NCBI GenBank assembly: GCA_964016885.1
Contig: OZ024759.1
Span: 13,950,001 to 14,014,000, forward strand
Origin: Eledone cirrhosa
Lineage: Eukaryota
Direction: 5' to 3'
Length of the DNA: 64,000 nt
This document shows positions 55,045 through 64,000 of this stretch, in pieces. Position 1 is the first letter of the stretch. The number at the start of each line of letters is the position of its first letter. The notes below the pieces were generated by a model. The model searched no databases. It worked only from the letters and a program-made list of their open reading frames with translations, and had not been told where the DNA came from. Made by a program: the position numbers and the translations under genes.

Positions 55045-55575
55045 ACTACTACTACTTCATTCATCACCATCACCACCACTCCTCTTCCTCCTACCATTAA
55101 CACCACTACTACCACCACTACTTCTACTAGCCCCTTTACTTCTAGCACCACTACCACCACTACTACTATTACCATCACTGCCATCACCACTACTACTACT
55201 GCTACCACCGCCACAACTACCGCCACTACTACTACCACCACAACTACTGCTACTACCACCATCCCTACTACTACTACCACTGCCACCACCACCACTACTA
55301 CCACCACCATCACTACAACCACCACCACCACTACAACCACCACCACCACTACTATTACTACTACAATCACCACCACCACTAATACCACTACAACCACTAC
55401 TACTACCATCATCACCACCACTACTACTACCACCACCACAACCATCACCACTACTACCATCACAACCATCACCACTACTACCATCACAACCACCACTACT
55501 ACTACTACTACCACCACCACCACCACTAATACTACCACTACCACCATCACTGCCACCACTACTACTACTACCATC

Positions 55576-55607
<32 letters not shown>

Positions 55608-56020
55608 CACCACCACCACTACTACCACCATCACCACTACTACTACCACCACCACCACCACCATCACCACTACTACTACTACAACCACCACTACTACCAT
55701 CACTGCAACCACTACTGCTACTACCATCACTGCCACCACTACTACTACCATTACCACCATCTCTGCCACCACCACTACTACTACCACCACCACCACCGCT
55801 ACTACCACCACAATCACTACTAGCACCACTACCACCACCACCACCACTAATACTACCACCACCACCACCACCACCACTACTACCACTACAACCACCATCA
55901 CCACCACCGCTACTACCACCACAATCACTACTAGCACCACTACCACCACCACCACTAATACTACCACCACCACCACTACTACCACTACAACCACCATCAC
56001 CACTACTACCACCACAACCA
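55045..56020. repeat. CAC/TAC triplet array
   Basis: Low-complexity triplets. Confidence 0.95.
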
Positions 56021-56254
56021 GCAGTGGCGTCTGCTTCCAGTCATTTAATAAAGTGCTTAAAACCTAAACAACCTTTAAATTTTAATTTTAATTATAATTT
56101 TCCTACAATTATTTCTTGGATTAAAATTTTGTAGGTCATTGCTTTGTGATTGAAAATGTGAACTAATGATGTATCTATCTCTCTCTCTTATTGATTTTAT
56201 CAGCAGATCAATCGCTTTTGTTGACTTGCAGAAGTGAATATTGTCATTGCTATG

Positions 56255-57466
56255 TGTGTAAAGATGAGTGGAAGCGTGTAAGGATGGATGGAGTGTGTAA
56301 GGATGGATGGATGTAAGTGTGTAAAGATGGGTGTAAGTGTGTAAAGATGATTGGAAGTGTGTAAGGATGGATGGATGGAAGTGTGTAAAGATGGATGGAA
56401 GTGTGTAAGGATGGATGGATGGAAGTGTGTAAAGATGAATGGAGTGTGTAAGGGTGATGAAAGTGTGTAAAGATGGATGGAAGGGTGTAAGGATGGATGG
56501 AGTGTGTAGAGATGGATTGAAGTGTGTAAAGATGGGTGGAAGTGTGTAAAGATGGATGGAAGTGTGTAAAGATGGATGGAAGTGTGTAAGGATGGATGGA
56601 AGTGTGTAAAGATGGATGGAAGGGTGTAAGGATGGATGGAGTGTGTAGAGATGGATTGAAGTGTGTAAAGATGGATGGAAGTGTGTAAGGATGGATGGAA
56701 GTGTGTAAAGATGGATGGATGTTTGTAAAGATGGATGGAAGTGTGTAAAGATGGATGGAAGTGTGTAAAGATGGATGGAAGTGTGTAAGGATGGATGGAA
56801 GTGTGTAAGGATGGATGGAAGTGTGTAAAGATGGATGGAAGTGTGTAAGGATGGATGGAAGTGTGTAAAGATGGATGGAAGTGTGTAAGGATGGATGGAA
56901 GTGTGTAAAGATGGATGGAAGTGTGTAAGGATGGATGGAAGTGTGTAAAGATGGATGGAAGTGTGTAAGGATGGATGGAAGTGTGTAAAGATGGATGGAA
57001 GTGTGTAAGGATGGATGGAAGTGTGTAAAGATGGATGGAAGTGTGTAAGGATGGATGGAAGTGTGTAAGGATGGATGGAAGTGTGTAAAATGGATGGAAG
57101 TGTGTAAAGATGGATGTAAGTGTGCTAGACTGGATGGAAGTGTGTAAAGATGGATGGAAGTGTGTAAGGATGGATGGAAGTGTGTAAGGATGGATGGAAG
57201 TGTGTAAAGATGGATGGAAGTGTGTAAGGATGGATGGAAGTGTATAAAGATGGATGGAAGTGTGTAAGGATGGATGGAAGTGTGTAAAGATGGATGGAAG
57301 TGTGTAAGGATGGATGGAAGTGTGTAAAGATGGATGGAAGTGTGTAAAGATGGATGGAAGTGTGTAAGGATGGATGGAAGTGTGTAAAGATGGATGGAAG
57401 TGTGTAAGGATGGATGGAAGTGTGTAAAGATGGGATGGATGGAAGTGTGTAAAGATGGATGGAGTG
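56255..57466. repeat. 20-bp minisatellite, about 60 copies
   Basis: gatggatggaagtgtgtaa(a/g). Confidence 0.96.
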
Positions 57467-57689
57467 TCTATGTGTATATATATGTGGTATGTGTGTCTAT
57501 GTGTATATATATGTGGTATGTGTGTTATGTGTATATATATGTGGTATGTGTGTTATGTGTATATATATATATATATATATACACTCATACATGTGCATAT
57601 GTATGTGTGAATGTTATTAAGCCAGTGTGGTGAACGTATGTGTGTGAGTGTTATGTATGTATATATATATATATATATGTGTGTGGAGG

Positions 57690-59030
57690 ACAAAGACAAT
57701 TTCCGCTCATTGGCTGTCTTCTATGGATCATTATAGTTTCGAATGCATTAAAGACAGGACTATTTACCACTGAGCATTAATAACTATTCTTGGATAGCTA
57801 TCCAGGAAGAAAACACAACGGACATTGGACGAAGGAAAACAAAAAAAACATGAACATACCGATATGGGATGGGAATGGTTGTCTGGGATGCCACATGCAG
57901 TGATGCATTCTCCAGCGCCAACATAGTTCAGTCTGCAACTAATCCAGGCTCTGCTGTACTTCAGGCTGAAGGGGCTAAACTCTCCAAATATTGGTTGCTC
58001 TCTGACTGGTTTGCAGTCGAGCCCGTAGCAGTGGAGACTTCTGGTGTCCTTGGCCCTAGGCCCCCACACCCCTACGCACAACCATAGCTGCAGGACTTAG
58101 CCTTGTGAGCTAGAATGGCTCTTCCAACGCATCTCCCTCACCATCCTTTGGCAAAATGCGCTCTCTATTCTGTGCTCCGGGGCAGCCAGAGAGTGGGACC
58201 CCATTTGCTCATAATAGTGAGAGATGGGGAGAGCGGGAGAGACAGAGGTGATGACAGTGGGAGTTTGGTTCCTCTGTGTTCGGACCTGGTGGACATGAGA
58301 GATGGGGAGGCTGGGAGAGCGGGAGAGACAGAGGTGATGACAGTGGGAGTTTGGTTCCTCTGTGTTCGGACCTGGTGGACATGAGAGATGGGGAGGCTGG
58401 GAGAGCGGGAGAGACAGAGGTGATGACAGTGGGAGTTTGGTTCCTCTGTGTTCGGACCTGGTGGACATGAGAGATGGGGAGGCTGGGAGAGCGGGAGAGA
58501 CAGAGGTGATGACAGTGGGAGTTTGGTTCCTCTGTGTTCGGACCTGGTGTATATGACAGATGGGGAGGCTGGGAGAGCGGGAGAGACAGAGGTGATGACA
58601 GTGTTAGAGACAGAGGTGCTGACAGTGGGAGAGACAGAGGTGCTGACAGTGGGAGAGACAGAGGTGATGACAGTGGGAGTTTGGTTCCTCTGTGTTCGGA
58701 CCTGGTGGACATGACAGATGGGGAGAGCGGGAGAGACAGAGGTGCTGACAGTGGGAGTTTGGTTCCTCTGTGTTCAGACTTGGTGTACATGAGAGATGAG
58801 GAGAGCGGGAGAGACAGAGGCAGTGACAGCAGGAGTTTGGTTCCTCTGTGTCCAGACCTGGTGTACATGAGAGATGGGGGGTGGGGGTGGGAGAGACGGA
58901 GGCAATGACAGTGGGAATTTGGTTACTCTGTGTTCAGACCTGGTGTACATGAGAGATGGGGAGGGTGGGAGAGACGGAGGTGATGACAGTGGGTGTTTGG
59001 TTCCTCTGTGTTCAGACCTGGTGTACATAT
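57690..59030 (+). mobile_element. Second CRE-like 3' fragment with 86-bp tandem 3' UTR
   Basis: VWDATCSDAFS...GSAVLQAEGAKLSKY...EPVAVETSGVLGP; same UTR module gggagtttggttcctctgtgt..gacctggtg as 5867-6745. Confidence 0.78.
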
Positions 59031-59357
59031 GTGTGTGGCTGATTTAATAGTATTTTTTTTCTTTTTATATATAACAATAATAGTACATTAATATTCTACT
59101 TAAAAAAACATAAATCGAAAGCAGCACTCAGATGACAGCTGTGAAGAATGTGAACAAGTTTCTCTTAACATATTGGAGTATTGGAATAAATTTAGGTACC
59201 CCCATCACATCCTTAGGATAGTTACATATTGCTGTACTTGCTAACTTGTGTCTAAAGGGGAGAGATTGTGGTCCTTAATTTAGGCCACTACCTCTAGTAG
59301 GGTTGCATATTGTACTTGCTCAAGTATTGGTTTATAGCATTATTTCCAGCAGTGAAA

Positions 59358-60060
59358 TGTGTATGAAGGAGGTATAGTGTGGAGTTAGATATAGACAACC
59401 TTCTCTAGAAGGGTTACATGTGCTGTACATGTCTGAAGGAGGTATATTGAAGACCTAGATATGGGCAACCTCCTCTAGAAGGGTTACATGTGCTGTACAT
59501 GTCTGAAGGAGGTATATTGAGGACCTAGATATGGGCAACCTCCTCTAGAAGGGTTACATGTGCTGTACATGTCTGAAGGAGGTATATTGAGGACCTAGAT
59601 ATGGGCAACCTTCTCTAGAAGCGTTACATGTGCTGTACATGTCTGAAGGAGGTATATTGAGGACCTAGATATGGGCAACCTTCTCTAGAAGGGTTGCATG
59701 TGCTGTACATGTCTAAAGGAGGTATATTGAGGACCTAGATATGGGCAACCTCCTCTAGAAGGGTTACATGTGCTGTACATGTCTGAAGGAGGTATATTGA
59801 GGACCTAGATATGGGCAACCTCCTCTAGAAGGGTTACATGTGCTGTACATGTCTGAAGGAGGTATATTGAGGACCTAGATATGGGCAACCTCCTCTAGAA
59901 GGGTTACATGTGCTGTACATGTCTGAAGGAGGTATATTGAGGACCTAGATATGGGCAACCTCCTCTAGAAGCGTTACATGTGCTGTACATGTCTGAAGGA
60001 GGTATATTGAGGACCTAGATATGGGCAACCTCCTCTAGAAGGGTTACATGTGCTGTACAT
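59358..60060. repeat. 70-bp tandem repeat x10 (3 diverged units at 54642-54850)
   Basis: tcctctagaagggttacatgtgctgtacatgtctgaaggaggtatattgaggacctagatatgggcaacc. Confidence 0.95.
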
Positions 60061-61350
60061 ACGCACTCAGTGTTTCCCACTTTGTTTCTTCATCTTCCCT
60101 AGACACGCAGTATCTCTTTCCACTCTCTCTACTCTCTCACACATACACATATACTTGTTGCTCACACATGCACATCTCTCTCTCTCACATACACCTCTCT
60201 CTCTCACTCACCCCCACACACCTCTCTCTCACTCACCCCCACACACTTCTATCTCTCTCACTCACACACCTGTCTCTCTCTCACACACACTTCTCTCTCT
60301 TACTCACACTTCTCTCTCATTCATGCCTCTCTCTCTTACACTTCTCTCTCTCATTCATGCCTCTCTCTCTCATTCACCCCCACACATCTCTCTCTCACTC
60401 ACTCCCACACACCTCTCGCTCACTCACTCCCACACACCTCTCGCTCACTCACCCCCACACATACCTCTCTCTCTCACTCACCCCCACTAACCTCCACACA
60501 CCTCTCTCTCTCACTCACACACCTCTCTCTTACACACCTCTCTCTCATTCACACCTCTCTCACACACACTTCTCTCACTCTCACACACACTTCTCTCTCT
60601 TACACACACTCCTCTCTCTGTCTCTCACACTCTTTTCTCTCTCACAATTTTTTCTCTTTTCTTTGTCAATCTCTCTTTTTCAACATCCAATCAATCAGAC
60701 CCCCCCCCTCCATAATCCTTCAATATTATTAATCATCCCATCAATTGAAACCCCAATATTTGATCACTATTTTTAAAGGAAGGAAGCTGGCTTGTTCATT
60801 GGCTTCAGATTCCTATTCATTCTTGTTCCCAACAACATTGCTTCTTTCTCTCTATAGCTTCATAATATGTCTTCTTCATTTGGTGGCTTTTGTTGTCCCC
60901 ATTCGGTTTGCTGAATTTGGAGGCTGGGTTGCCAGTTGGTTTAGCAAGAGGGATGTGTGTAGGTTGGCATTTAGTTTAGAGCAGTTCTCAAACCTTTTTA
61001 GGCCACTGACCCCCACTCACAGCCACATAATAGCCTCAACGCTCCCCAATCCTATTCCCAGAGAGACCTGCCTATATGCAAATTATAAACAATATGTAAT
61101 AAATAAAATCGTTAATCTGATATATCATAAATAATATAATATATACTTTTTATTTTACTATATTTATATATAGTAGGTATCATTTCATATTTAATATACT
61201 ATTATATCACCTCAACTGCACCACCCCCCTTAGTTCCCAGTGCCCCCTGGAACTTCTCAATGGGAGGGGGGGGGGGCACTTTGAGAACCTCTGGCTTAGA
61301 GTGTTTGCTCAGTGTTTTGTGGACAGATTGGAGTATTAACTGTCATATTT

Positions 61351-61388
<38 letters not shown>

Positions 61389-61551
61389 CTACATATGTGT
61401 TAAGTATTTCTGTGGAAAAGGTAAAAGAAAGAAAAGTACAGAGCTATTTAATTATGTAATAAACAAAACAATATAATTATTCTATTACCCAAGGTTTTGC
61501 AAAGTTAGGTGATTCAAACAGAAACGCCTGATATTACTCATCAGATATATG

Positions 61552-61601
<50 letters not shown>

Positions 61602-61792
61602 GGTTTGTGGTTCACCACTGTATAGAGCTGGTCTATTCCGTATGGTCAATCGTAATGTAATAATATAGAGAGTACTCAACGTAAAGCAGTTCAACCGTCT
61701 TTGTTTTTGTAGTTGGTGGTGCTATTACGGAGTTAAATATTATAATGAAATGACAGGAGGCTGGATTTGTGAAAATCCTTGAAAGGTTTATT

Positions 61793-61850
61793 ATACTATG
61801 ATCATTTCAATGACCGGGTTCCGTATGAATCCGGTGATATCATCAGGTAT
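61793..61850 (-). ncRNA. Type I hammerhead ribozyme
   Basis: ATAC CTGATGA tATcACCGGaTTC atacg GAAcCCGGTcATt GAA ATGATCAT A GTAT; palindromic stem III, AUA site. Confidence 0.75.
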
Positions 61851-64000
61851 TCGAAATATAATACGTGAATGTAATAGATAAAATCCATGGGGCTGAAAAT
61901 CGAGGACCCGATGCAAGTATGTAAAATAGATATTAAATGGTGATGATGATATATATATCATCATCACCATTTAATATCTATTTTACATACTTGCATGGGT
62001 TAGACAGGTTGTAACGTTATGAAAACCAAACAGGTCAGCTCACCATATCTTCCTCATACACTTTAGTTTTAGGGGTTGGTTTTCTATGGCTGAATGCCCT
62101 TCCTAACACCAAACACTTTACAGATTAGACTGGATGTGTTTTTGTTGTGGCACCAGCACAACCACCTTATATCTATATCTATCTATCTATCGATCTATCT
62201 ATATTATATATATGTATCTATGTATGTAAAAGGTAAACAGAAATAACAACACAATCGGTACAGTATACAGAAGGAATATATTAGGTTAACTTTTGAAATA
62301 GCAGGAAGAGGGTCTTAACGTTTCGGACGCTAGTCCTTCAGAAGAAAGAATGAGAAAATAGATTGAGGGGACGGGCAGGTTGGAATTTGAAAAAATGTCT
62401 TTAGATAAAAATAACAGGTCCATTCATGTTATATGTTTGTATGTATCACGGATTTTTGGAGTGGGTACACTATCCTTCTGTGTTGCAAGAGGCAACTAAA
62501 ATAGTTGGCGTCAGGAAGGGCTTCCAGCTGTAGAAACCAAGCCCAAATACGGGTCTGTATAAGCAAGACATGGTCACCTGACCTGAATTATTTCATTATG
62601 CAACATTCCATCTAACCCATGCAAGCGTGGAAAATGGATGTTAAACAATGATGATATATATATATATACAAAAAAAAATGCACTTAGTTCACCCTGTAAA
62701 TTGGTTGTGCTGCTGACATGGCAAAAACCACTCACTCCACCCTGTAAATTGGTTGTGCTGATGACACGGCAAAACCTGCCCAGTCCACCCTATAAGCTGG
62801 TTGTGCTGGTGACTTGGCAGAAACTGCTAAGTCCACCCTGTAAGATGGTTGTGCTGGTGATACAATAAAAAGCACCCAGTCCACACTGTAATGTGTTTGG
62901 TGTTAGGAAGGGCATACAGCTATAGAAACCAAGGCAAAATACAGATTTGTATGAGTACGACGTGGTCTCCTTACCTGAATTGTCTCATAACACAACGGCC
63001 CATCTAACCCATGGAATGTGGAAATGGGCATTAAACAATGATGATGACATAATCTCCCCGGCTAGATATGAAATGTAGTCCCCCTCCTCAGCCCAGTTGG
63101 TAATATAGCCTGACACCCTCACTTATCCCAGATGGTAATAGCCCCTGGAAAGGTGTGTAATTTAGCCTGACACCCGAAACTATTCACTAAGTATTTTAGT
63201 AATCAGTTGTGACATGTTGTGTCCTTAAGCAAGACACTTTATTTCACGTTACTCATGTCTGTTCTGCTGGAAAAAATGATATGAAGGTGTCTCAGCCTTT
63301 GCCTTTTCCTTGGACAACCTTATATGTAATGTATATATATATATAATTGTTTCTACTTTTGGTACAAGGCCAGCAATTAACCAGTGTATTACTGGTACTT
63401 TATTTTATTGACCCCGCAAAGATGACAGGCAAAGTTAACTTTGGCGGGATTTGAACTCAGACTGCAAAGGGCCGTAACTCTATGCTGCAAAGCATGGCGT
63501 CCGACCCTCTACCGATACTGCCGAAAGGAGTAAAGTTGTAAGTTCAATTCCTGTTGGTATGTTGTGTCCTTGAGCAAGACACTTTGTTTCATGTTGCTCC
63601 AGTCAACTCAGCTGGCAAAAGTGAGTTCTACCTGTAATTCAAAGTGGCGCTCTGGTCTTCACGCTCACTGTCATGTTGAATCTCCCTGAGAAATTCATTA
63701 AGGGTTCACTTGTCTGTGGAAAGCTCAGGCACTTGCATGTTAATTTCATGAGTGCAGGTTGTTTTGTTGGTGAAACTGTTGAAGATTTAACACACACAAT
63801 GGATGTGTCTACCTAACTCCAGTTGAACAGGGCTGCTGCTATCATCAAGGCCAACTAGGCAGCCACATAGGGTGCTCACCTCATAGAGGCACATTGCTGA
63901 CCCTTAAGGAAAAGTGGATGTAAAATGATGATGATGATGATGATTACTCTGTATTTACTATTATATTTTCACATAATATCGAATCTATGAGATTTTAATA

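Noticed and set aside
55011-56134. Pro/Leu-rich and poly-V ORFs
   Set aside because: Triplet-repeat artefact.
56195-56280. Possible small Cys-rich exon after tttatcag
   Set aside because: Runs into the 20-bp minisatellite, no convincing donor, no recognisable domain.

Overview
AT-rich, microsatellite-laden animal genomic DNA; the SINE/RTE content and long (TA)n runs suggest an octopus or other cephalopod (inference). Two host genes are supported, both on the minus strand. One is the first four coding exons of an invertebrate INPP4-type gene (N-terminal PH domain; 10275 to 3706, continuing left out of the window). The other is a single-coding-exon MZT1 (36170 to 35982) with a probable 5'-UTR exon near 37.9 kb. 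The rest is repeats: RTE and CRE non-LTR fragments, a decayed Naiad-like Penelope element, three Helitrons, hAT/piggyBac/mariner-type MITEs, two tRNA-derived SINE families, and many minisatellites amplified from TE ends. The main unexplained signal is a set of short, mostly (TA)n-flanked elements from several unrelated sequence families that carry type I hammerhead ribozyme folds. I count about 20 intact, variant or decayed copies. Stem III is usually palindromic, copies often sit in head-to-head inverted pairs, and several elements share a YGAGTRCT motif near the (TA)n end. All folds were paired by eye and none is tested. Most long ORFs in the track are simple-repeat artefacts.
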